Both the position numbers and the translations under genes were made by a program. Shown here in pieces: positions 17,578 to 26,014 of a stretch of 64,000 nt of DNA. Source of the DNA: Acidimicrobiia bacterium. GTDB taxonomy: Bacteria; Actinomycetota; Acidimicrobiia; Acidimicrobiales; Aldehydirespiratoraceae. Each line of letters begins with the position of its first letter. Position 1 is the stretch's first letter. Under the pieces are notes generated by a model that did no database searches, had not been told where the DNA came from, and saw nothing but the letters and a program-made list of their open reading frames with translations. Where the stretch lies: the NCBI GenBank assembly GCA_022820805.1, contig JAJEEV010000013.1:16967-80966 (forward strand), in the 5' to 3' direction.

Positions 17578-18232
17578 GAGCTTGGTTCGACCCCGACGGG
17601 CACCTGCCGGGCGCGGGATCGTGGTCTTCGTGGCCGGCACCGGGACCGAGGTGGGCAAGACCTGGGCGGCGGCCGGGCTGGCCCGCCTCCTACGGGAAAC
17701 CGGGCGGGTGGTGGCGGCCTGCAAGCCCGCCCAGTCCTACGACCCCGACGAGGGCGGCCCGACCGACGCCGCCGTCCTGGCCGCGGCCACCGGCCAGGAC
17801 CCGGACGAGGTGTGCCCGCCCGACTGCACCTACCCGGTCCCGCTGGCCCCGCCCATGGCGGCCAGCAGGCTGGAACGGGCCTGCCCCACCCTCGACGAGA
17901 TGGCCTCCAACTGCTGTTTCGAGGCCACCGTGGACATCGGCTTGGTCGAAGGCGTGGGCGGCCTCTACTCGCCGATCGCCTCCGACGGCCACAACCTCGA
18001 CCTGATCGAGCGGGTCCAGCCCGATCTGGTGGTCGTGGTGGCGTCGGCCGCCCTCGGCGGCATCCACGACACCATGGCCTGCACGCTGCCGCTGTCGGCC
18101 TACCGGCTAGCCGTCTTCTGCAACCGGTTCGATCCCCGCGACGACGTCCACGTCCTCAATGTCCGGTGGCTGCGCGACACGGGTCTCGACGTAGCGGTCA
18201 GCCTTCCCGAACTGGCCGCCATGGTCGCCTAG
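17558..18232 (+). CDS. bioD: dethiobiotin synthetase
   Basis: VFVAGTGTEVGKTW P-loop. Alternative ATG at 17570. Overlaps the bioF 3' end. Confidence 0.85.
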   Translation: MREPMSESLVRPRRAPAGRGIVVFVAGTGTEVGKTWAAAGLARLLRETGRVVAACKPAQSYDPDEGGPTDAAVLAAATGQDPDEVCPPDCTYPVPLAPPMAASRLERACPTLDEMASNCCFEATVDIGLVEGVGGLYSPIASDGHNLDLIERVQPDLVVVVASAALGGIHDTMACTLPLSAYRLAVFCNRFDPRDDVHVLNVRWLRDTGLDVAVSLPELAAMVA

Positions 18233-18353
18233 TCGACCAGGAACCGGCACCTCGGACCGAAGCAACCGACGCACGAGAATCGCAGCCCCGCGAGGCCGGT
18301 GTCGCGGGCAAGAGGCGACCGGCAACCGATGTTCGTCTAATCTCCTGAGCGAG

Positions 18354-20024
18354 ATGAGCCTGCAGGTCAAGGACAAGCTTCAGGGACTGAGGGGTGACGT
18401 CTTCGGCGGGATGACCGCGGCAGTGGTGGCCCTGCCTCTGTCGCTCGCCTTCGGAGTCGCCTCGGGACTCGGCGCGATCGAGGGCCTGTACGGCGCCATC
18501 GTCGTGGGCATGCTGGCCGCGCTGCTCGGCGGCAGCAAGACCCAGATCTCGGGCCCCACCGCCCCGCTGTCGGTGGCCATGTCGGTGGTCGTCGTCGACT
18601 ACGCCGACGGCGACATCACCAAGGCTCTGGCCATCGTCGCCCTGGCCGGTCTGATCCAGGTGCTCATGGGCGCCCTGCGCCTGGGAACCTACGTGGCCTA
18701 CACGCCCTACTCGGTGGTGTCGGGCTTCACCTCGGCGGTGGGCGTGATCATCATCGTGGTCCAGGTCCTGCCCCTGCTCGGCACCGAGGTAGCTCTGGGC
18801 GGGGCGCTCACGTCGCTGCGCGCATGGCCCGATGCCGTCGACAACATCGACCCCAGCGCGCTGGTGCTGGGACTTGCGACGCTGGCGGTCTGCATCTTCT
18901 GGCCGAACCGGCTCAAGAAGGTCCTCCCGCCGTCGGTCGCCGCGCTGATCATCGGGAGCCTGCTCGGCGTGCTCTGGCTCAAGGACGCGCCGATCATCGG
19001 CGAGGTGCCCACCGGCCTGCCCGATGTGCAGATGCCGGAGATCCCCCTCAGCGACCTTGCCGGCGCCATGCCGGCGGCGATCACGCTCGCCCTGCTCGGC
19101 TCCATCAACAGCCTGCTCACCGCCATGGTGGCCGACTCGCTGACCCGCCAGACCCACAACCCCAACCGGGAGTTGATGGGCGTCGGCGCGGCCAATGTCG
19201 TCGTGTCCCTCATCGGCGGGGTGCCCGGAGCCGGCGCCACCTCCTGCACCGTGGCCAACGCACGGGCCGGCGGCCGCTCGAGAGTCTCCGGCGTGCTGTG
19301 CGCCAGCATCCTGCTGGCGCTGGTGCTGGGGCTGGGTCGCTACGTCGACTCCATCCCCCATGCGGTGCTGGCCGCGATCCTCATCAAGATCGGCTTCGAC
19401 ATCATCGACTGGCGCTACCTCGCCTGCATTCACAAGATCCAGTGGGACAACCTGGTGGTGCTGATGCTGACGTTGGGGCTGGCAGTGGTGTCCGACCTCG
19501 TCGTGGCGGTGGCGGTGGGCCTGATCGCGGCCGCGATGACCAGCGCCCGCCAGATAGAGAGCCTGGAGCTCCAGACCGTGGTCTCGACCCCTCTGCTCGA
19601 CATGACATTCCTGGCCGACGACGAAGACGATGACGACGACCCCCTCAGCGGTCTCAGCCTGGACCTGGACGACGACGCCGACCCGTTCGCAGCCCGGTGC
19701 GGGCTGCTGTCGCTGCGGGGCAGCTTCACGGTGGCCTCCTCCATCAAGCTGTTCGGAACGATGAGCACCGACATCGCCGAGCACGAGGTGGTGATCATCG
19801 ACTTCTCCGAGACCGTCCACATAGACGACAGCGCCGCCCTGGTGGTCGGTCAGCTGATCGACGCGGCTCTGGCAGAGAACACCCAGGTCATCATCAAGAG
19901 CCTGTCGGGGGCGAACGCAGAGACGCTGAAAGTCCTGGGCTCGCTCCGCAACATCCCCGAAGACCAGTTCGTGGACGAACTCGACGAGGCCCGGGGCATC
20001 GCCCGCCGCCTGCTGGACGCCTAG
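18354..20024 (+). CDS. SulP family anion transporter with C-terminal STAS domain
   Basis: GDVFGGMTAAVVALPLSLAFGVASG...SKTQISGPTA. C-terminal STAS-like region (VVIIDFSETVHIDDSAALVV). An acidic insert lies between the TM and STAS parts. Confidence 0.9.
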   Translation: MSLQVKDKLQGLRGDVFGGMTAAVVALPLSLAFGVASGLGAIEGLYGAIVVGMLAALLGGSKTQISGPTAPLSVAMSVVVVDYADGDITKALAIVALAGLIQVLMGALRLGTYVAYTPYSVVSGFTSAVGVIIIVVQVLPLLGTEVALGGALTSLRAWPDAVDNIDPSALVLGLATLAVCIFWPNRLKKVLPPSVAALIIGSLLGVLWLKDAPIIGEVPTGLPDVQMPEIPLSDLAGAMPAAITLALLGSINSLLTAMVADSLTRQTHNPNRELMGVGAANVVVSLIGGVPGAGATSCTVANARAGGRSRVSGVLCASILLALVLGLGRYVDSIPHAVLAAILIKIGFDIIDWRYLACIHKIQWDNLVVLMLTLGLAVVSDLVVAVAVGLIAAAMTSARQIESLELQTVVSTPLLDMTFLADDEDDDDDPLSGLSLDLDDDADPFAARCGLLSLRGSFTVASSIKLFGTMSTDIAEHEVVIIDFSETVHIDDSAALVVGQLIDAALAENTQVIIKSLSGANAETLKVLGSLRNIPEDQFVDELDEARGIARRLLDA

Positions 20025-20058
20025 AGCGCCCGGCTGGAGAAACGCCGGACGGGACGGA

Positions 20059-20973
20059 TCAGGCCGCCGTCCCAGCCCGATCCAACGGGTGCAGGGGATG
20101 GTCGAACGATCGCACCAGGAAGCGGCGGGCCAACTCGAAGTACCCGCGGTAGAGCCCGGCCCCCGCCGCCGCCTCCTCGTAGCCGCCGGTGGCCTCGGCG
20201 TGATCCGGCAGCCGGTACCAGGGCACGCCCGGATCGGCGTGGTGGACATGGTGGAGGTTGTTGTAGAGGTACAGCATGCTGAAGAACCGGCCCGAGCGCA
20301 CCACCGCCGACCGGGTGGCGCCCTCCACCCACCGGTGCTCGCAGTACGACCTCATCAGGGTCAGGGCGTTGCCGAGGTAGGTGGCGCCCAGCAGGTACTG
20401 CCACAAGGGGATGCCCATGACCGCGACAACGAACCAGCCCAGGGCGGTCGCGGCCACGACGTGCGCGGACCACCACCGGGCCAGCTCGCGGTCGCCCCTC
20501 CGAATCTCGCGGGCCTGGTGGACGAGCACGCCGACGATGTAGCGGGGCGGGCCCAGCACGAGGCGGCCGAGCAGCGTGTGGTGGGCCACCAGGAACGCCC
20601 GGCGCACCGGACCGCTGGACTCCCACTGGCGGGCGGTCACGTAGAAGCTCTCGCTGTCATCGGTCGGGTCGGTCAGCTCGGGGCAGTCGTGATGCGCCCA
20701 GTGGTAGCGCCGGTACACGAGATACGGCAGATGCAGCGACACGGGCAGCGAGGCCAGGGCGGCGTTCAGCCGCTGGCTGCGGAACGGGTGGCCGTGGATG
20801 GTCTCATGCTGGAGCGAGCCGTGCCATGCAGCCGCCAGGCCAAGCGCCAGGACGGTCAGCGGCCACGGAGTCACACCGTGTAGGGCCACCGCGGCCAGCC
20901 ACAGGCCGTGCACCGCGACTGCGACCGCGACCGTGCGCCACTCCACGGTCGGCCTGATCGCGTCGGCAGCCAT
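20059..20973 (-). CDS. membrane fatty acid desaturase family protein
   Basis: Three His boxes: HETIHGH, HWAHHD, HHVHH. ATG at 20973 is preferred over the ORF start at 21027. Confidence 0.85.
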   Translation of the reverse strand: MAADAIRPTVEWRTVAVAVAVHGLWLAAVALHGVTPWPLTVLALGLAAAWHGSLQHETIHGHPFRSQRLNAALASLPVSLHLPYLVYRRYHWAHHDCPELTDPTDDSESFYVTARQWESSGPVRRAFLVAHHTLLGRLVLGPPRYIVGVLVHQAREIRRGDRELARWWSAHVVAATALGWFVVAVMGIPLWQYLLGATYLGNALTLMRSYCEHRWVEGATRSAVVRSGRFFSMLYLYNNLHHVHHADPGVPWYRLPDHAEATGGYEEAAAGAGLYRGYFELARRFLVRSFDHPLHPLDRAGTAA

Positions 20974-21109
20974 CGCACCCCTTGAATCGCGGGCGGAGCC
21001 GGACCCCGAACCCGTCTCTGCGCACAACCGTAAGTGACTCGAACGTCAGGAATGCGGTGGATTGCGCACAGTCCGTAGCACTTGCGCACTAAGTGTCAAG
21101 CTTGTGGTG

Positions 21110-21133
21110 ACAGTACAACAAATGTTGTACTGT
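21110..21133. promoter_or_regulatory. 24-bp perfect palindrome, candidate operator in the desaturase/XRE divergent promoter
   Basis: ACAGTACAACA-AA-TGTTGTACTGT ends 10 nt before the XRE ATG. The direct repeat TTGCGCAC occurs at 21062 and 21082 (20-nt phasing). Confidence 0.5.
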
Positions 21134-21142
21134 TAAGCCCTC

Positions 21143-21994
21143 ATGGCGGACCAGTCCGAGTTGGTGAACCGCTTCCGGGAGCGGCTCGGGGAGTTGCTGG
21201 CCGACACCGGGCGATCCCAGTCCGACTTCGCCGTCAACGCCGGGATCGACCGGTCCACCCTCTCGCAGCTCCTCTCAACCCGCAACCGGCGCCTCCCCCG
21301 GGTGGAGACTCTCGCCGCCATCGCCGAGGCATCGGGAGTGTCGGTCGACTGGCTTCTGGGACTGGCTCACGGCGGCCCGTCCCGCGCCGACATCGTCCAC
21401 GAGGAGTTCGCCCTGAACCTCGACGAGCGCAGCCCGATCGACGAGGCCTGGATCGATTGGCACGACCAGTCGGCCGGCTCGAAGATCCGGACCCTGCCGG
21501 CCTCGCTGCCCGACCTCCTCAAGACCGAGGCCGTTATCCGCCACGAGGTCCAGCGCTACGCCACGGTCAGGCCCGAGCAGCGAATCGAGATCGCCACCGC
21601 GCCCCTGGACCTGGCCCGGGCGCCGGGCAGCGACCTGGAGTGCTGCAACTCCATCCAGGCCATCGAGGGCTTCGCGCGGGGCTGGGACGTCTGGGCCGCC
21701 CTCGAGCACCGGCACCGGGTGGCGCAGCTCGACCGCATGATCGAGCTGTGCGAGGAGCTCTATCCCACCTTCAGGTGGTTCCTCTACGACGGCCGGCAAC
21801 GGTACGCCAGCGCGGTCACCGTGTTCGGCCTGGACAGGGCCGTCATATACCTGGGACAGATGTACCTCGTGCTCAACAACCGCAACCACGTCATGGCGTT
21901 CGTCAAGCACTTCGACGACCTCATCCGGGCTGCGGTGGTGCAGCCGCCCGACATGCCCCGCCTGCTGCACAAGCTCAGATCCGAGATCACCTGA
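21143..21994 (+). CDS. XRE-family HTH transcriptional regulator with uncharacterised C-terminal domain
   Basis: N-terminal HTH: LGELLADTGRSQSDFAVNAGIDRSTLSQLLS...ETLAAIAEASGVSVDWLLGL. About 200 aa of C-terminal domain follow. Confidence 0.75.
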   Translation: MADQSELVNRFRERLGELLADTGRSQSDFAVNAGIDRSTLSQLLSTRNRRLPRVETLAAIAEASGVSVDWLLGLAHGGPSRADIVHEEFALNLDERSPIDEAWIDWHDQSAGSKIRTLPASLPDLLKTEAVIRHEVQRYATVRPEQRIEIATAPLDLARAPGSDLECCNSIQAIEGFARGWDVWAALEHRHRVAQLDRMIELCEELYPTFRWFLYDGRQRYASAVTVFGLDRAVIYLGQMYLVLNNRNHVMAFVKHFDDLIRAAVVQPPDMPRLLHKLRSEIT

Positions 21995-22021
21995 CAGCGA
22001 GCGCGGGTAGGGTTCCGGGTC

Positions 22022-22867
22022 GTGGCGGCAGCCGACGTGACCGTGCCGTTCGAGCCTGAGCGGTTCGAGACGATCAGGGTCGAGATCGCAGATCGTGTCT
22101 GCCGGGTGACGCTCGACCGGCCCGAGGCGATGCACGCCTTCAACGACCGCATGCGCCAGGAGGTCCGGGCCACATGGAGGGCCCTGCGCGAGCTCGACGA
22201 CGTGAGGGTGGCCGTGCTCACCGCATCGGGCGACCGGGCCTTCTGCGCGGGCATCGACCGGGACGTGGACATGCCCGCCCTCGCCGGGGACGGCGGGCTC
22301 TACGGAACGTCCAACGACTTCATGTACGACGATCCCGGCAACGACCTCGGGCCCAAGGCCTGCGACATGTGGAAGCCGGTGATAGCCGCAGTGAACGGCG
22401 TCTGCTGCGGCGGGGCCTTCTACCTGATCGCCGAGTGCGACATCATCATCGCCGCTGAACATGCCACCTTCTTCGACCCCCACGTCACCTACGGCATGGC
22501 CGCCGTCTACGAGCCCATCAAGATGGCCCAGCGCATGCCGTTGGGCGAGGTGCTGCGCCTCACCCTGCTCGGCAACCACGAGCGGATGACCGCGCCGACC
22601 GCGCTGCGCATCGGGCTGCTCTCGGAGGTCGTGGCCTCCGATGAGCTCCAAGGGGCCGCCGACCGGCTCGCGGCGGTCATCGCCTCACAGCCCCCGGACG
22701 CAGTCCAGGGCTCACTGCGGGCGATCTGGGCGGCCAACGACATGGGCCGGCTCGACGCCCTGGCCATGGCACCGTCCATCCTGACGACGGGAACCCGGCC
22801 GGAAGCGCTCGCCGAGGGCCAGGCGGCCTTCGCCCGCGGCGTGCGGATCGAGCCCCGGCTGCGCTGA
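22022..22867 (+). CDS. enoyl-CoA hydratase/isomerase family protein
   Basis: CRVTLDRPEAMHAFN...SGDRAFCAGID...KPVIAAVNGVCCGGAF. Confidence 0.85.
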   Translation: MAAADVTVPFEPERFETIRVEIADRVCRVTLDRPEAMHAFNDRMRQEVRATWRALRELDDVRVAVLTASGDRAFCAGIDRDVDMPALAGDGGLYGTSNDFMYDDPGNDLGPKACDMWKPVIAAVNGVCCGGAFYLIAECDIIIAAEHATFFDPHVTYGMAAVYEPIKMAQRMPLGEVLRLTLLGNHERMTAPTALRIGLLSEVVASDELQGAADRLAAVIASQPPDAVQGSLRAIWAANDMGRLDALAMAPSILTTGTRPEALAEGQAAFARGVRIEPRLR

Positions 22868-22947
22868 CCCCCGAATTCCAGCGGCCGCCGGGCGCCTGCT
22901 AGGTTGAGCCGCCCGAACGCACCCTCCGCGAAGCTCTGGAGCGCAGC

Positions 22948-23445
22948 ATGACCGAGCCCTATCCGAACACCCTGATTTTCGTGGATTTCCCCACCGATGA
23001 GCCCGAGAAGGCGGCCGATTTCTATCACAACGTGTTCGGCTGGGAGGTGGAGCCCCGGCCGGCCGGATCGTTCTACCGGATCGTTCCCGGCCAGAACTTC
23101 AGGCTGCCCGACGGCACGCAGGGACCCACCGGCAACCTGCACATGGGCATCACCAACGTCGCCAACCGTCGCCCCCACCCCGACGACGGGGGGCTCGAGC
23201 CCCGGCACCTGAGCCGGGACGGGCACACGACACGAATCTGGATACTCGTGTCGCCCGACGACGACATGGACGCCATCTCCGACCGGGCGATCGCCAACGG
23301 CGCCACCGAGCTGTGGCGCCACCACTACTTCGGCGAGTTCAACGGTTTCAACAACGCCTTCAAGGACCCGTGGGGCAACACCCTGGTCCTCTGGACCTAC
23401 GGCGGCGACGACCCCCAGCTCCCCGAGGGCTGGACCGGGGAGTAG
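22948..23445 (+). CDS. VOC (glyoxalase/bleomycin-resistance fold) family protein
   Basis: LIFVDFPTDEPEKAADFYHNVFGWE...FKDPWGNTLVLW. Paralog of 44746..45138. Confidence 0.75.
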   Translation: MTEPYPNTLIFVDFPTDEPEKAADFYHNVFGWEVEPRPAGSFYRIVPGQNFRLPDGTQGPTGNLHMGITNVANRRPHPDDGGLEPRHLSRDGHTTRIWILVSPDDDMDAISDRAIANGATELWRHHYFGEFNGFNNAFKDPWGNTLVLWTYGGDDPQLPEGWTGE

Positions 23446-23450
23446 GCCCG

Positions 23451-23930
23451 ATGAGCGAAGCAACCGACACCTACACCGTGCATCCTCCCCACCCCCGATG
23501 GACCCATGTCGCGCTGCGGGTCACCGACATCGACGCCAGCATCGAGTGGTACACCACCCACACCCCGATAAAGCTGCTCGAGAAGCGGGAGGACGCCGAC
23601 GGCTACGGCGCCTGGCTGGGCCACGACGACTCCCCGGACAAGCCCTTCATCCTGGTGCTGGCCCAGTTCTTCCCCGAGTCCGACCCCTTCAAGGATGCGC
23701 CCATCGCGACACTGGCACCGTTCGCCCACCTGGGGGTGGAGGTCACTAGCCGCGCCGAGATCGACGCGGCCGCGGAGCGGGCCCGAGCCGAGGGGTGCCT
23801 GGCCATGCCGCCCACCGAGATGCCGCCCCCCATCGGCTACATCTGCATGATCAGCGATCCCGACGGCAACATGATCGAGCTGAGCTACGACCAGGGCGTG
23901 TACGCCCACGCCCAGAAGGTGATGCGCTGA
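23451..23930 (+). CDS. VOC family protein
   Basis: Internal ATG at 23451. WTHVALRVTDIDASIEWY...ISDPDGNMIELS. Paralog of 44092..44589. Confidence 0.8.
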   Translation: MSEATDTYTVHPPHPRWTHVALRVTDIDASIEWYTTHTPIKLLEKREDADGYGAWLGHDDSPDKPFILVLAQFFPESDPFKDAPIATLAPFAHLGVEVTSRAEIDAAAERARAEGCLAMPPTEMPPPIGYICMISDPDGNMIELSYDQGVYAHAQKVMR

Positions 23931-24337
23931 ACCCAGCGGCCGAACGGACAGGCACGGGCGCTGACCCGCGGGCCGTCGCGGCGTCCTATCTGGCCTCGTT
24001 CTCCTCCGGCGACCCGGAGGCGGTGGCCGCCCATGTGAGCGACGGCTTCTCCAACGTGCACACCAGCGCTCTGGGCCTGCCCAGCCAGGGCAAGTCCGAG
24101 TACCGCTCACGTCTGGGCGACTTCCTGGCCACGTTCGCCGGGCTCAGCTACGAGGCCGAGGAGATCCTCGTCGAGGGTGACCGGGTGGCCGCGGCCTACG
24201 TGATGCGGGCCAGCGCGGCGGGCGAGCCGTTCGAGATCCGCGGGGTGATGCGCATGACGATCCGCGACGGCCTGATCGAGCGCCGCACCGACTACTTCGA
24301 CAGCCTCACCTTCCTGCGCCAGACCGGCCAAGCCTGA
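23927..24337 (+). CDS. SnoaL-like / NTF2-fold protein (start codon unresolved)
   Basis: DPRAVAASYLASFSSGDPEAVAAHVSDGF...GLIERRTDYFDSLTFLRQ. There is no in-frame ATG, GTG or TTG near the domain start. Candidate starts are CTG 23927 (overlapping the previous stop), ATG 23795 and GTG 24023. Confidence 0.55.
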   Translation: MNPAAERTGTGADPRAVAASYLASFSSGDPEAVAAHVSDGFSNVHTSALGLPSQGKSEYRSRLGDFLATFAGLSYEAEEILVEGDRVAAAYVMRASAAGEPFEIRGVMRMTIRDGLIERRTDYFDSLTFLRQTGQA

Positions 24338-24378
24338 GCCGCGCCTGACGTAGTGGAGCACCCGTAGGCTCGGGTTCG

Positions 24379-25968
24379 ATGCGTCTGAGAGCACTGATTC
24401 GCCTGAGCATGTCAATGCGTCTTAGAAGGCTGTCGATCGCCGCGGCAGCGACGCTGCTGGCAACGGCCTGCGGTGGTGCGGTCGTCGATGAGGCGCCCGA
24501 TGCCGCCCCGGCATCTGTGGCCGCCACAACCGAGCCGACCACGACGCCGGCACCCACCACAACCGCCGCCGCCACGCCCACAACCGAGCCGGCCACCACA
24601 ACCGAGCCGGAGACGGCACCGGCGCCGGAGACGACGCTGGCGCCGACCACCACGACGCGGCCGCCCACCGAGGCCGAGGGCCTGGGCGACAGCTTCTACC
24701 CGTTCATGGGCAACGGCGGCTACGACGTGCTGCACTACGACATCGACCTCGATGTCGACCCGGCGGTCAACGCCATCTCGGCGTCCACCACGATCGAGGC
24801 CCTGGCCACCGCGGACCTCGAGACGTTCAACCTCGACCTGTCGGGGCTGGAGGTCCACTCCGTGACCGTCGACGGCGCCGCCGCAGAGTTCTCCCGCTAC
24901 GGCCACGAGCTGGCGATCGAGCCCCCCGACGCCCTCGCCTCGGGCTCGCAGTTCACGGTGGAGGTCGTCTACTCGGGCTCTCCCGAGCAGATCGACGACC
25001 CCGGGGTGCCGTTCTTCCCGTCCGGCTGGACGCAGCAGGAGGGCGTGATCTACACGGTGAGCCAGCCGTCGGGCTCGATGACGTGGTTCCCGTCCAACAA
25101 CCACCCGACCGACAAGGCCACCTACGAGATCCGCATCACGGTGCCCGAGGGCCTCACGGCCGCGTCCAACGGCCTCCTCGTCGACGAGACGACAGCCGAC
25201 GGCGAGACCACGTTCGTATGGCGGACGGACCACCTGATGGCCACCTACCTGGCCGCGGTCTACATCGGCGACTTCGAGCGGATCGACCACGGGCCGCTGT
25301 ACGAGGGCGGGCCGATCCTGCGCGACTACGTGATCCGCGACGCTCCCCCGGAGGTCAAGCTGGCACTGGAGGTGACTCCGGAGGTGGTCGCGTACATGGA
25401 AGAGCTGTTCGGCCCCTACCCGTTCGACGCCTACGGGACGATCGTGATGCCGTTCCCGCTCGGCTTCGCGCTCGAGAACCAGACGCTCTCGATCCACGGC
25501 AACGACACCATCATCTCGTGGATCATCGCCCACGAGGTCGCCCACCAGTGGCTGGGCAACTCGGTGGCGCTCGACGACTGGAGCGAGATCTGGATGAACG
25601 AGGGCATCGTCTCCTACCTGCATCTGATGTACGCGGCCAAGGACGCCGGGACCGACCTCAACGACGACATGGCTCGCTGGCACGCGCGACTCATCGACTC
25701 GGAGGCCGGGCCGCCCAGGGGGATCGAGATAGAGGATCTGTTCGGCCTGTCGGTGTACTACCGCGGCGCGGCCACCTTGCACGCCCTGCGCCTGCACACC
25801 GGCGACGAGGTCTTCTTCGACATGCTGCGGGCCCACTACGACCGGTCGGCCGGCGGCACCACCAACACCGCCGAGTTCCTGGCGCTGGTGGAGGAGATGG
25901 CCGGACCCGACGCGGTGGAGCTGGTCGAGTCCTGGCTGTACGACGAGACCGTCCCCGCCACCCTGTGA
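24379..25968 (+). CDS. M1 family metallopeptidase, probable lipoprotein
   Basis: HEVAHQWLGN-x-WMNEG (HExxH-x18-E) and a GFALEN exopeptidase-like block. Signal and lipobox-like LLATAC, then a Thr/Pro-rich linker. Alternative start at 24415. Confidence 0.9.
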   Translation: MRLRALIRLSMSMRLRRLSIAAAATLLATACGGAVVDEAPDAAPASVAATTEPTTTPAPTTTAAATPTTEPATTTEPETAPAPETTLAPTTTTRPPTEAEGLGDSFYPFMGNGGYDVLHYDIDLDVDPAVNAISASTTIEALATADLETFNLDLSGLEVHSVTVDGAAAEFSRYGHELAIEPPDALASGSQFTVEVVYSGSPEQIDDPGVPFFPSGWTQQEGVIYTVSQPSGSMTWFPSNNHPTDKATYEIRITVPEGLTAASNGLLVDETTADGETTFVWRTDHLMATYLAAVYIGDFERIDHGPLYEGGPILRDYVIRDAPPEVKLALEVTPEVVAYMEELFGPYPFDAYGTIVMPFPLGFALENQTLSIHGNDTIISWIIAHEVAHQWLGNSVALDDWSEIWMNEGIVSYLHLMYAAKDAGTDLNDDMARWHARLIDSEAGPPRGIEIEDLFGLSVYYRGAATLHALRLHTGDEVFFDMLRAHYDRSAGGTTNTAEFLALVEEMAGPDAVELVESWLYDETVPATL

Positions 25969-26014
25969 GCGACCGAGCCAGAGCCGGCCGGAGGCTCCGT
26001 AGCCTGGCCCACCT

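Noticed and set aside
15116-18232. bioAFD operon lacks bioB
   Set aside because: bioB is frequently encoded elsewhere, so its absence from a 64-kb window is not informative.
18233-18353. Possible riboswitch or leader upstream of the SulP gene (hairpin CCCGCGA..TCGCGGG)
   Set aside because: It has a single 7-bp stem, most simply the bioD terminator. I recognise no riboswitch consensus.
18198-20249. 683-aa ORF antisense to the SulP transporter
   Set aside because: It is an antisense shadow ORF with Arg/Gly/His-rich composition and no motifs. The SulP frame has clear family signatures.
23900-23935. Programmed -1 frameshift fusing the VOC gene to the SnoaL-like ORF
   Set aside because: There is no X XXY YYZ slippery heptamer or obvious downstream structure at the junction. 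It is kept only as one option in the start-codon finding.
24470-24670. Nucleotide-level tandem repeats (ACCACAACCGAGCCG-like)
   Set aside because: They lie inside the M1 peptidase ORF and simply encode its Thr/Pro-rich linker. They are not a non-coding repeat.
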